Assembly: GCA_951406725.2 (NCBI GenBank)
Contig: OX597817.1
Location: 139,438,001-139,502,000 of the forward strand
Reading direction: 5' to 3'
From: Octopus vulgaris
Taxonomy: Eukaryota
DNA: 64,000 nucleotides
Positions 1-11,555 of this stretch are shown here, in pieces (position 1 is the first letter of the stretch; each line of letters starts with the position of its first letter). The notes beneath the pieces were generated by a model. The model did not search any database and was not told where the DNA came from. It worked only from the letters and a program-made list of their open reading frames with translations. The position numbers and the translations under genes are program-made.

Positions 1-97
1 GCCAGATGTTAAACGATGCTCGGGGTAGCAATAGTGACAACAGAAGCGATGACAATTACACGGATGGATGGATTTATATATATATATATATATATTT

Positions 98-925
98 CAT
101 CATCATCATCATCATTGTTTAATGCCTGCTTTCCATGCTAGTATGGGTTGGATGGTTTGACTGAGGACTGGCAAGCCAGAAGGCTGCACCAGGCTCCAAT
201 CTGATCTGGCAAAGTTTCTACAGCTGGATGCCCTTCTTAATGCCAACCATTCTGGGTGTGCAGTGGGTGCTTTTTACATGCCACCAGCACGGGAGCCAGT
301 CAAGCAGCACTGACATTGACCATATTCAGATAGTGTTTTTTACATGCCACTGTCACGGGGAGCCAGTCAGTTAGTACTGGCATCGACCCACGCTTGAATG
401 GTGCTTAGTACGTGCCACCAGCATGGTTCCAGTCAAGTGGCACTGGCATCAGCCACAACTACAATTTCCATTTTAATTTTGATTTAATTTGGATTTTACT
501 TAACTCAATAGGTCTTCTCAGGTGCAACATATCGCCTGGTGATTCAATGGTACTTTTAAATGGTCTACTTATCTGACACTTGTATAGGCTACGACTGTGA
601 TCTCACTTTACTTGCTGGGTCTTCTCAATCACAGCATATCTCCAAAGGTCTTTTGTCATTGCCTCTGTGAGGCCCAACATTCGAAGGTCATGCTTCAACA
701 CCTCATCCCATGTCTTCCTGGGTCTCCCGCTTCCATGGGTTCCTTCCACTGTTAGGGTGTGATACTTCTTCGTACAGCTCTCCTCATCCATATGCAGCAC
801 ATGACCATTCTAGTGCAGTCGTCTCTTGCACACCCCATCTGATGCTTCTTATGTCCAACATTTCTTTCAGGGCGCTTACATTCTGTTGTGTGTGTACACT
901 GACATTACACATCCAGCAGATCATA
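98..925 (-). mobile_element. RTE LINE 3' fragment with (ATG)n tail
   Basis: ORF 603-800 GRPRKTWDEVLKHDLR; reverse complement of the 9230-9770 region. Confidence 0.9.
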
Positions 926-1125
926 ATATATACATACGCATACACACACACACACACATTTCTGTCAGAGAACCAGAAATCCCACTGTATCTCTGTAGTG
1001 ATTGTAGTTGTTATTTCTATGGTGTTGCTATAGTAACGGCAGCGTTAAGTCGTACTTTAGCCATATTTCATGCCCCAGCTGTTGTCTAATGGAATGTTCT
1101 TTAAATCTCTTTTAATCCTTTCTAG

Positions 1126-1244
1126 GTTTTGGGGATGAAGACAAAGCTGTTCGGTCCCCATCTTTCAGCCCTGATGGAAAAAAGATAGTCTACATGGATA
1201 ATCCTGCATCTGGGCCTCACTACCAATGTAGCAGACTACTGATG
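1126..1244 (+). CDS. APEH: Acylamino-acid-releasing enzyme (APEH), internal exon (beta-propeller); upstream exons lie outside the window
   Basis: ttctag acceptor; FGDEDKAVRSPSFSPDGKKIVYMDNPASGPHYQCSRLLM resembles APEH AVSSPRLSPD..IVYL..PHHQCSQL; ends at a GC donor (ATG|gcaagt). Confidence 0.9.
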
Positions 1245-2363
1245 GCAAGTAGATTTGGACGATTCCAAAACGGATTAAATTGAGATTCTACCAATTTATT
1301 GATTAATAATTCTTGATTCTGAAATATTTACAAACTCGACTGATTGATTGGTTGTTGTTGCTTAGTTCAAAAGTCATCTCTGATCTTACACATAATCAAA
1401 GGCATTCTGGCTATGACCATCGCATCTCTGTTCTGTAAAAGTGTATCTAGGAATATATTAGATATGTGTCCTTCCATTCATTTTTAGAGACAGTAAGATA
1501 TAATTTTAAGGAGGTTTGGCTGCTCTTTCTAGCACATTGAATAGCCCTGTAAATATTCCCTATCAAGTTTGCTTCTTGCAGGTTCTATTTCTCAGAGACA
1601 AGTCTATCGTTTTCTAATCTTTATTACTAATTGCCATTATAGTTGCGACCACAATATAAGTTATTTTTATTTACCTATTTCTCAATGCTTCTCCATTGAC
1701 ATTCTAAATGTAGACAAAGTTCCTTTCTCCCTTGTATAATTAAAACATTAAATTTGAATGGTGGAAAGTCAGAAGGTTATTTTAGTGTAAATCTTATCAC
1801 ATCTGTCTGGGTTACAGAAGATGTGATTCAGGTCCCACAGGTAGCTTTTCACCTTTTTTACATTCAAGGAACTTTAACCTTAAATGCAATATAAGTTATT
1901 ATCTGTAGCTCATTGTGCTTCAAGAGACACTTGTTGTGTCACTTGTATTTTATCACCAATGTCCAGTCTTTAGTCTGTCTAACATCACTCTGCTTCTAAA
2001 TGTGATGGCCAATTTAATACAGATCCGAATAATAAAAGAAACCTTAATTCTTTGATAATTATCTATTGACATCATTTCATTATGTTAGACATGATTAATT
2101 CTATGGTGGCATCCCTAACTCTTTCGTTTGAATTCTCATATTACTGTCTATAAAATTCAAAGTGACCGCTGTTATCAAACTTTAATATCAACCATATTGA
2201 TGTCACCAGGACCAAAGGACATAGCTAAAGTTATGTACTCAGCCCTTTACTCCTGATGAAAATCCTTAAAATATTAAAATAACAAAATCCTTATGTTTTG
2301 CTGATCCAATTTTTATTTCTGATTGTGACTTTGTTTAATTATCTATCCTACATTTTATTTCAG

Positions 2364-2421
2364 ATTGATTGGGTGAATAAAGAAACCAAAATCGTATTGG
2401 ATGTTGTTGACCAGGCAAAAG
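2364..2421 (+). CDS. APEH: APEH exon
   Basis: tttcag|IDWVNKETKIVLDVVDQAK|gtaggc; phase 0 to 1. Confidence 0.9.
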
Positions 2422-3745
2422 GTAGGCCTACATTTTAAAGGCTCAGCAAAATCTGTTTCTTTTGAAATGACTTTAAAAATAATTGAGAATCAAGTAATGA
2501 AAACGGTTTAATCTTTTCTTTTTTTTTTTCTCTCTCACTCTCTTCTCACCCTCTTATGCAATTAGTCACCCCCTCTCCCTGCCCCCAATCCACTGTCTGT
2601 ATTCTCACAATGCTTTGGTCAGCCTGAAACTATAGCAGAAGACACTTGTCCAAGGTGCCACTCCATAGGACTGAACTTGGAATCATGTGGTTGGGAAGCA
2701 AGCTTCTTACCACACAGCCACATCTTCACATGTTTGTCTAATTTTTAATAATTTAAAATTTTGTCACTGAATACATTTCTCTTGGTTTCTGTCATCTACA
2801 CTGTATTCCTCTCACTTCAACCCCTATCACAACTCATCATCATCATCGTCATTCATACCTCCATCATGCTTCTCACTCAGTAAAGTTGTTAGGGAGTGAG
2901 CAGGAATATGGGGCTATCCAGTCCCTTTAGTTGTGTCAAGGACACGGCTTTCCCTCACTCTGTCTCTCTTTCTCTCTCAGACTTATGCCACTAGAAACAT
3001 TCCCACTACCATCTGTCATTCTATGAATTGTGATCACCATTTAGTTTTGCCAAGGACTTGATAAAGTAAGACATGCTTAATACCTTACATACACACTCAA
3101 CAAAATGACGTGTAATAAGATATAAGGCTGTATTCTCCCTTTTACTCAGCTTCTTATTGCTTATGAGTTTGTTCTGGCACACTCCCCCCTACCCTTCTAG
3201 AATGCAGGGTGGCCATGTATCTACTCAATAACAAGACCCTTGGTCTTGTCTCTTTGTCATATTTTATCCTCTCAACACCTGGCATAAAGCCTCCTCTCTC
3301 ACTACCACCCACCTGCTCAGTTTAGCAGGTGGGTGGTCTTGAAGTGTTACCTGGTCACCTCACTAACCCTGGTGCCACATAAAAAGCACTCAGTACATTC
3401 TATAAAGTGATTGGCGTTTGGAAGAAGGGCAGCAGCCAGCCATAGAAACCGGGCCCAAGATGACAATAGGGACCTGATGCAACTCTAGCTCATCATCCTA
3501 TTGAACCATCCTAGCCATTCCAGCAGGGAAAATGGATATTCAATGATGATGACAACGATGACATCAACAACATAGTAGTAGTGATGGGAGGAAGAGGAGG
3601 AGTAGTTGTTATTGCTATAGTCTCCACCCCCACCCCAAAAATGAGTAAGGAAAACCAGTTAAATGAAGTTTTAATCAGTACCATTGTTGCGTTGTCGAAA
3701 TCCTTCTTCATGGATATTTGCTATTGAAGAATTTCTAAATAAATA

Positions 3746-4050
3746 TTGCAGCGTAGAAGGTGTTTATAAGACATTTAAGAAACACACAAAAAACCGTTAG
3801 ATTCGCTTTAACATTTAAATTTCATTTGTCAAAATATTTTCGTCACTTTGAGATGCAGCATGAAGTTTTGTCACTGAACAGGTCGTGGTCTCAAAGCAAC
3901 GAAAATATTTTGACAAATTAAATTTAAATATTGATGTGAATCTAACGGTTTTTGTGTGTTTCTTAAATGGCTTATAAACACCTTCCATGCTGCAACTGTT
4001 TTCGTTCCAGCACACGATCTCAGATCAAGTCACTCACTATGCAAGTACAT
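3746..4050. repeat. Foldback element, about 105-bp inverted arms (3746-3855 / 3888-3995)
   Basis: gaaggtgtttataag..aagaaacacacaaaaaaccgttagattc mirrored by gaatctaacggtttttgtgtgtttctt..cttataaacaccttc. Confidence 0.85.
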
Positions 4051-4108
4051 TTCCATAATAAATAAATACCATTTTGCTAATTGTTGCTGTTTTCTGTTCC
4101 TTTTAAAG

Positions 4109-4209
4109 ATGATGAATTTGCTGGAGTTTTTGTCCATAGTCTTCCTGATCGCTGTTGGTCATCTGACAGTAAAAGAGTGCTCTTCAGTACAGTCTCTCGA
4201 TCTCATTTG
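4109..4209 (+). CDS. APEH: APEH exon
   Basis: ttaaag|DDEFAGVFVHSLPDRCWSSDSKRVLFSTVSRSHL|gtaaat; matches the APEH CWSADSQRV motif; phase 1 to 0. Confidence 0.92.
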
Positions 4210-4829
4210 GTAAATGTTCTGATTTTCTCTGCTATATTTTGAGAGAGAGGTGTGTGTGTTAGATACTTTTTTTTTTTTCAAATTTTGGCATTTAATTGAA
4301 ATCTTGGAGAAAGTAATGAGGCATTGAAATAATTCTAATTCTACCCAATAAATTTTGATACAATAATGGCACATATTTCTTTGCTAGTGATGCTAAAACA
4401 ATTTAATTCATGTATTTTGTTTAGTTGCAAATAAGATTCAAGAAAATAATCTTACATAAAAACCAAAATAATTACCTGTACATTTAAAATTGTATAAATT
4501 GAAATTGTAATTTACCTGAGAAATTGTGATTTACCTGAGAAATATTTCCTGAAAACTGATTTATATATCTCCACAATTTCTGTTGTGAAAAACAAGTCAT
4601 CCACTTTTCCATTTCATCTGTGATGTAGTGTATATATGATGCAGTGTGCATATGAAATAGTGTATACAGGATGTGAGTTATATATGATGTAGTACTGTAT
4701 ATACAATGTTGTAACAAAGTATGAAACACAAGATTTTTGTACATAATTTAATCCATTTCAACATTGGTCCAACCCATGCCAGCATGGAAAACGGACGTTA
4801 AATGGTGATGATTATTTCTTTTTTGCTAG

Positions 4830-4881
4830 GTTCCAGTCGTTGTTAATACAGAAACACAGAAAGTAACACGGATTAAATCGC
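4830..4881 (+). CDS. APEH: APEH exon
   Basis: tgctag|VPVVVNTETQKVTRIKS|gtaagt; phase 0 to 1. Confidence 0.88.
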
Positions 4882-5398
4882 GTAAGTGAATCTTGGCATG
4901 TTTTGTAATTTCCATCATCAGCAACTCATTAGATGCTGCTAAGTGATAGAACAGTATCATAGATGACGTTATTTTAAAATTCACTGATATTTTAATGGAA
5001 AAAACGTTTAAGAGCATTTGTTTCTCACAATGCATAATGACCAAGTCTCCAGTTGTATTTCACAAACATAATTGGGTTTCAAAACTTCTGCTCCCTCATC
5101 ATGTTTACATTTATCATTCCATTATGGCAGAATCTGCTGACTTCCTTAGAGGTCTACTGTTCTGTCATTTCATCACACTTTCAAATTATGAGAAATCCTT
5201 CTTTGAGAACCATCATGTCAGTACACTAATCAAATACTTCATCCTTCAAGCTGTAGAGTTGCTCCAGCTGGGTCGACCAAGTTTATTCAATAAAACAAAT
5301 TCCATGCCCAATTGGTTGCAGTGGTGATCATTGGAAGGACAGTTGTTTTTGCAGCTGGACTCTATCCCTAATGTTAACCATTCATCCATAAAGAGTTG

Positions 5399-5642
5399 CT
5401 GTGCTTTGGAGTAAAGATTGTTTGCCAAAATAACATGGCAGTCCTGGTTTAGGACGAATGTTGCTGTAATTTAGCCCCAAGAGACATCGTCTTCAGCTGG
5501 CTGTACGACACAATCTGTGTATCACAATTTCCGGGTTATTTCCCTAGAGACAATGTCTCCTGGGGCTAAATTACAGCAACATTTGTCCTAAACCAGGACT
5601 GCCATGTTATGTTGGCAAACACTCTTTACCCCCAAAGTACTG
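5399..5642. mobile_element. MITE-like element with about 85-bp TIRs; partial second copy at 28861-29051
   Basis: ctttggagtaaagattgtttgccaa..gtcctggtttaggac..aatttagcccca mirrored at 5545-5638. Confidence 0.8.
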
Positions 5643-6309
5643 TTGTGAGATTTAAAAATAGTAATTTTCTAATTGCTGTGCTTTGTTTTCATCTATTATA
5701 TAAAAGGGAAGACAGTCTCCATGATGTTCCAAGAATGGTGGAAGGAATTCTTGAACCCGAGACCAGATTTAAATGCTTGCAACAACAGAATGAATTTTAC
5801 TAAAGGCACTTAGGGGTCAGGTAGTGGGATTAAACTGAGCAATGGGTTAAGCCTTCCATTGTTGGGATGGTTTGAACACCAAATCTAAAGTACTGAGATC
5901 AATATCACAAGGCACCCAGTCTGATGTTCTTACAGTTCCAACTATCAACTATGTTGGATTGTAATTTTTCCATTGATCCCAGAAGGATGAAAAGCAGAGT
6001 TGACCTCAGCAACAATTAAACCCAGACCACAGAGAGTTAGAGTAAATGCCACAGAGCATTTTATCCAACACTCTAACCCCTAACCCTGCTAATTCCACCA
6101 CCACCACCAGTTTACATCATCCACATCAAGTGAAGCAAATAAATGTATTGGCCTTGCTCAGGGCACAATGCAATGACTGTATGAGCAAAGCTCGGATTCT
6201 TGACCATATGGTCAATATTCATTCACAAGCATTGTGCCTCATAAAGTTATTAGATTAAGTTAACCATTAATCCCTGCAGCTTCTGACCAGAATGTCTTTT
6301 GTCTTCCAG

Positions 6310-6401
6310 CTGAAAGTGGTGTCAGTGCCTTACAGATATTAGATGTACACCATGATCATATCGTGGCCCAATTCTCTGCTCCTAACCAACCTCAGTATTT
6401 G
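6310..6401 (+). CDS. APEH: APEH exon
   Basis: ttccag|PESGVSALQILDVHHDHIVAQFSAPNQPQYL|gtgagt; phase 1 to 0. Confidence 0.92.
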
Positions 6402-6699
6402 GTGAGTCGTTCTTTCAAATTTCCATGTTTTAATTAAGACTCCTGTTTTTATGCGTGTTGGTGTTTCCGTGCCAAGAGTCACGTATCATATTAATGATCA
6501 GCAAAAGAAAATTAAATGAAATAAATCTTAAGTTTTAGGACCAATTTGTAAAGCTAGATTGGAAGGGAAATCCAGAAAGGTGTCTGTAAATGATGGAAAA
6601 TATTGGATTAATCCTTAAATACACTGTAAAACAAAATCCTTATATTTAATCCTAATTCCAATTATAATAGCCTCTCTAAATCTCAAAATCAAAAACAAC

Positions 6700-7663
6700 A
6701 TATATAGAATATGAATTAGAGATAAAACCACTATTAGGCAACTCAAACAGTGATAGACATTAACCAATACATAAATAACAAATAATATAAATATAATTAA
6801 TATAATATATATATTTAAATTTTTAAATTAAAAAACTTTTTTTTTCTTTTCCAAAAAGTATAAAAAGAATGATAAATATAATATAATAAATAAAAACACT
6901 ATGTACGTTTCATGGCTATAATTAAATTCAAATTTCAATTAAGTTTAAATTCAATTGAAATAAATTCAAGCTGAAATTATAGTCAATCTTCAGTAAGTAA
7001 TAATGGACTAATTAATTTATTTATTTTTCATTATATGTCTATATATTTATTGATAGAGTAAATTTTAGATTTTAATTACTATATTTGTTAATTATAATTT
7101 AGTTATATTTTTAAATATTTTATAATTATTAGATGTGAACTTTAATCTAAAAATATGAATAGTGATTATTTTGTTAAATAATTTGGTAATTAAATATTGG
7201 ACTATAACTGAGTTAAGGATATTCGTGAGTTTATTATGTTTTTTTAAAGCCATATTATATCTTCATAGATAAATACATATTTCTATCTATTTTTTTTACC
7301 TTAAAAATAAATATTTAACATAATAAATGGGTTGTATGACATAATCCTAATGTTTTAAATTTCAAATTTAGATAATGGAGTTTTTATAAGAAAAATTATT
7401 TTATTTATTTCTTAAAACATATTGTTTAACTCTATTTGCTTATTTATTTAACTATTATCATTAACCTGAAGATTGACTATAATTTTAGTTTGAATTTATT
7501 TCAATTGAATTTAAACTTAATTGTAATTCGAATTTAATTATAGCCATGAAACGTACGTAGTGTTTTTACTTATTTTATATTTATCATTATTTTTATACTT
7601 TTTATAAAAAAAATTTTTTTAAATTTAAATATATATATATATTATATATTATATTAATTATAT
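6700..7663. repeat. Extremely AT-rich foldback element with about 200-bp inverted arms (6785-6993 / 7466-7663)
   Basis: acgtttcatggctataattaaattc...agtcaatcttcag mirrored by ctgaagattgact...gaatttaattatagccatgaaacgt. Confidence 0.85.
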
Positions 7664-9772
7664 TTGGACCAAATAACTGAGGTATTTCGGATTGCTAGAC
7701 AGTGTGTGAGAGAAAATAGTGATGTTACAGGAGAGAAATGTGTCCGCATGGATGATGGGGCACTTGCTTTTAATGATGGTGAAAAGAAAGAGGCTTGGAG
7801 AAGCCATTATGAAAGACTGCTGAATGTGGAGAATGAATGGGAGGAGGAGAGCCTGCCAAATGTTGACCCAGTAGAGGGACCAGCTATCCGAATAGATAGC
7901 TCCCTTGTAGTTAAGGCAATTAAGGGTATGAAACCAGGTAAAGCCCCCGGCCCATCAGGAATCACTGCTGAGATGCTTAAAACAGCTGGTTGTGTGGGCT
8001 ATGGCCTAGTCACCCGCAATGTAAACCAGGTATTTCATAATGGAGTCATACCCAATGACTGGCGTAGCAGCACCATAGTCACCTGCTACAAGGGTAAGGG
8101 TGATGCTCTAGATAGAAATAACTACAGGGGTATTAAGCTGTTGGATCAGGTGATGAAGGTCACTGAGAGGGTCATAACCCATCTTATTAGGGGGAGCATT
8201 TGCTTAGATGAGATGCAGTTCGGTTTTGTGCCGGGTAGAAGCACCACTGATGCTATATTCCTGGTCCAACAACTGCAGGAGAAGTACCTAGCTAAAGATA
8301 AACCCCTCTACATAACTTTTGTGGACTTGGAGAAAGCCTTTGACGGGGTCCCCTGATCCCTTATCTGGTGGTCGATGCGGAAACTGGAGATTGATGAATG
8401 GCTAATAAGGGCTGTACAGGCCCTATACAGAGAGGCTGTTAGCAAGGTTAGGTTTGGCAACGAATATAGTGAAGAATTCTGGGTAGAAGTAGGTGTACAC
8501 CAAGGTTCAGCCCTCAGCCCCCTTTTATTCATCATAGTCCTCCAGGCAATAACAGAGGAATTCAAAACAGGTTGCCCCTGGGAGCTCCACTATGATGACC
8601 TGGCTCTCATAACAGAATCACTACCGGAACTAGAAAAGAAATTTCAGGTGTGGAAGCAAGGGTTAGAATCAAAGGGCCTTAGAGTAAATGTAGCAAAGAC
8701 CAAAGTTATAGTAAGCAGAAAGGTGAACTCAGCACACACACCCTCGGGCAGGTGGCCCTGCTCGATCTGTAGGAAAGGTGTAGGTCGAAACTCCATAAGA
8801 TGTACCCAGTGTAAGCTATGGACGCATAAGAGGTGCAGCAACATCAAAGGGAAATTAACTGATAAGATAGCTTTCATGTGCGGCAGATGCACAGGGACAA
8901 TAGGCACCACAGATACTCAGAAAACAGATTCCATCACACTCCAGGGGGAGAAACTAGAAGTAGCTGATAGTTTTTGTTACCTGGGTGACCAAGTTAGTAG
9001 TGGAGGTGGATGCTCAGAGAGTGTCACCACTAAAATACGAATAGCCTGGGCAAAGTTTAGAAAGCTCCTACTCCCACTGGCGACAAAGGGTCTCTTGCTC
9101 AGAGTGAAAGGTGGATTGTATGATCCATGTGTGCGAACTGCCATGCTTCACGGTAGTGAAACATGGGCTGTGACTGCAGAGGACATGCGTAGACTTGAAA
9201 GAAATGAAGCTAGCATGATCCGCTGGATGTGTAATGTCAGTGTACGCGCACGACAAAGGGTAAGCACTCTGAGAGAAATGCTGGACATAAGAAGCATCAG
9301 ATGTGGTGGGCAAGAGCGTCGCTTGCGATGGTATGGTCATGTACTGCAGATGGATGAGGAGAGATGTGTGAAGAAGTGCCGCTCCCAAACAGTTGAAGGT
9401 ATCAGGGGGAGAGGTAGACCCAGGAAGACATGGGATGAGGTAGTCAAGCATGACCTCAGAGCGTTGGGCCTCACAGAGGCAATGACGAAGGACCAAGATC
9501 TCTGGAGATATGCTGTGACTGCAAAGACCCGGGCTGCTTCCTGCACCAGTTCCGCATAGCCCCTGCCCATTCAAAGTACCTTGGATTTCAGAACATCCCG
9601 CTGTGCTTGAGAAGACCTATTGAGTCAAGTACATGAGTATCGAAATAAATATCAATGGAAATAGTAGTTGTGACACCTGTGCCGGTGGCACGTAAAAAGC
9701 ACCCACTACACTCGTGGAGTGGTTGGCGTTAGGAAGGGCGTCCAGCTGTAGAAACACTGCCAGATCAGACTG
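7664..9772 (+). mobile_element. 5'-truncated RTE-clade LINE (RT + PHD-like finger), inactivated
   Basis: ORFs 7664-8356 and 8375-9559 are in the same frame, split by one TGA; RT motifs KAPGPSG, NYRGIKLL, QFGF, DLEKAFD, GVHQGSALSPLLF; YADD reduced to YDD; RTE C-terminus RLRWYGHV..RGRGRPRKTW; 3' UTR shared with short copies. Confidence 0.95.
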
Positions 9773-10395
9773 CCAGTACAAGGATGTGATTGTGCTGACA
9801 ATGTTATATGGTGCAGAGACGTGAGGGCTGAGATAGGCAGAAAGGAGGTAACTAGATGTGTTTGAGATGAGATGTCTGAGGGCTATGGTTGGTGTGACAC
9901 GGATGGACAAGATGAAGAATAAAGAGGTGCAAAGGTGAGCAGGAATGAGAGAAAATCTATGTACCAGAATGAATAGACGACTGTTGAGGTGGTTTAGCCA
10001 CATGAAGAGGATGGATGAGGAGCAAATGGTAAGGAGGGTGATGAAGGCAGAAGTAGTAGGCAGCAGAACCAGAGGCAGACCTCAGTTTCTGTGGATGGAT
10101 GGAGTGAGGAAAGCTTTGGTGGTTAGAGGTGTTGGAGTGAGAGAGGCAAGAGAGTTTATGAATGATAGGAAAGCTTGGAGAGTGTTTGTGGGCGGATAAG
10201 TGAATTTGATGTTGCTCAAAGGGGTACGGAGCCAGCATGATGCTGTCGGGTCTCACTGCTGATATTGGGGGTTGCCTTCTATGCCTTGACCCGAGCATGG
10301 GATGGGGCTCGCCTCTTTGAACTGGGAAATGAATGGAATGCTTGGTGTGTGTCTTGTTGTGGCTATCCTCTCCTATGGGGAAAAGGCCTTGGTAA
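9773..10395 (+). mobile_element. 3' fragment of a second, divergent RTE-like LINE family
   Basis: MLYGAET..LDVFEMRCLRAMVGVTRMD..LRWFSHMKRM..RGRPQFLWMDGVRK with in-frame stops, followed by a UTR ending in (TA)n. Confidence 0.85.
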
Positions 10396-10628
10396 ATATA
10401 TATATTTAAATATATAGTATTTCCAGTTCTCTGAAGCTGTTAGATTCCATGCGTATTTAAATGGATTGGCTCTTGTTTGCCTGGGACTGGTCAAGTGATG
10501 TAGAATCTCTGATGAGACCCCAGCAACGGTTGAAAATCGATTATGGCTGTTTTTCATTGTTATAATCAGGTTAACTTGACAAGTTTGTAAGTCTCCTCCA
10601 TAGATCTACCTTTTGTATCTCTCTACAG

Positions 10629-10773
10629 GTGATTGGTCATCTGCCACCAGAAGGAGAAGAAGATACAATTGAATGGGTGAAATTAGATGCAGAACTCAAT
10701 CATAAATTGGATGGCATCACAGTAGAATTACTGAAGCATAAACCAATTGATGGCATGATTAATGAAGAATTCC
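10629..10773 (+). CDS. APEH: APEH exon
   Basis: ctacag|VIGHLPPEGEEDTIEWVKLDAELNHKLDGITVELLKHKPIDGMINEEF|gtaaga; phase 0 to 1. Confidence 0.92.
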
Positions 10774-10860
10774 GTAAGATGGTTTTGTTTTGTTTTCTAA
10801 ACCAGGATCTTTTCCTTAATTTAACTTCTTATTACTCATCTTGATTCATTTGTTAATGTA

Positions 10861-10902
<42 letters not shown>

Positions 10903-11555
10903 TTACTATTATTCTGCTGCCTTTATCCTCAGCCACCTTCTGAACTGTCCGTCATCTTCTCTCCCCAACTCATAGTGTCATTGATCACCTCTCAGCACTT
11001 TCTAACTTTTATCTTTGTTACCTCCTCTTCCTCCTCCTCTCTCAACACCTGTTCTTCATCATTTTCACCCTTTCACTATTTCTAACCGTTCCTCACTCTC
11101 TGACATGCTCTTGCAACCTCTTTTCATCTACACTTCCCATTCGCTCAGATCACTTCAAAACTTCACGCTCCACCCTTACACCTCATCACCGTTGTTTTCC
11201 AGCTCCACCTTGGTTCTACCTGTCCTCTCTTCTCTAATCTCAGTAGCCATGTAGCTCCTCTTCAGCAAGAAACCTCTTCTGTTTGTTGCCCCCATTTCAC
11301 ATGCTTTAATCCTTCATCTCCGAGCATTAAACTGCCTCCCTCATTCCTTTCAAAGGGGATATTTATCTTGCAAACTGCAGGCTGATCCCACTAGTGCTGG
11401 TGCTATGAAAAATGCACCCAGTACATGCTGTGAAGCAGTTGGCGTTCAGAAGAACCTCCAGTCATAGAAATCCTGCCAAAGCAGATATTGGAGCATCATA
11501 CAGGCTTCTGACTCATTGGCTGCTGTCAAACCATCCAACCCATACCGACATTGAA

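Noticed and set aside
6780-7660. Possible mitochondrial control-region NUMT
   Set aside because: No mitochondrial gene or tRNA nearby; the inverted-arm structure explains it better
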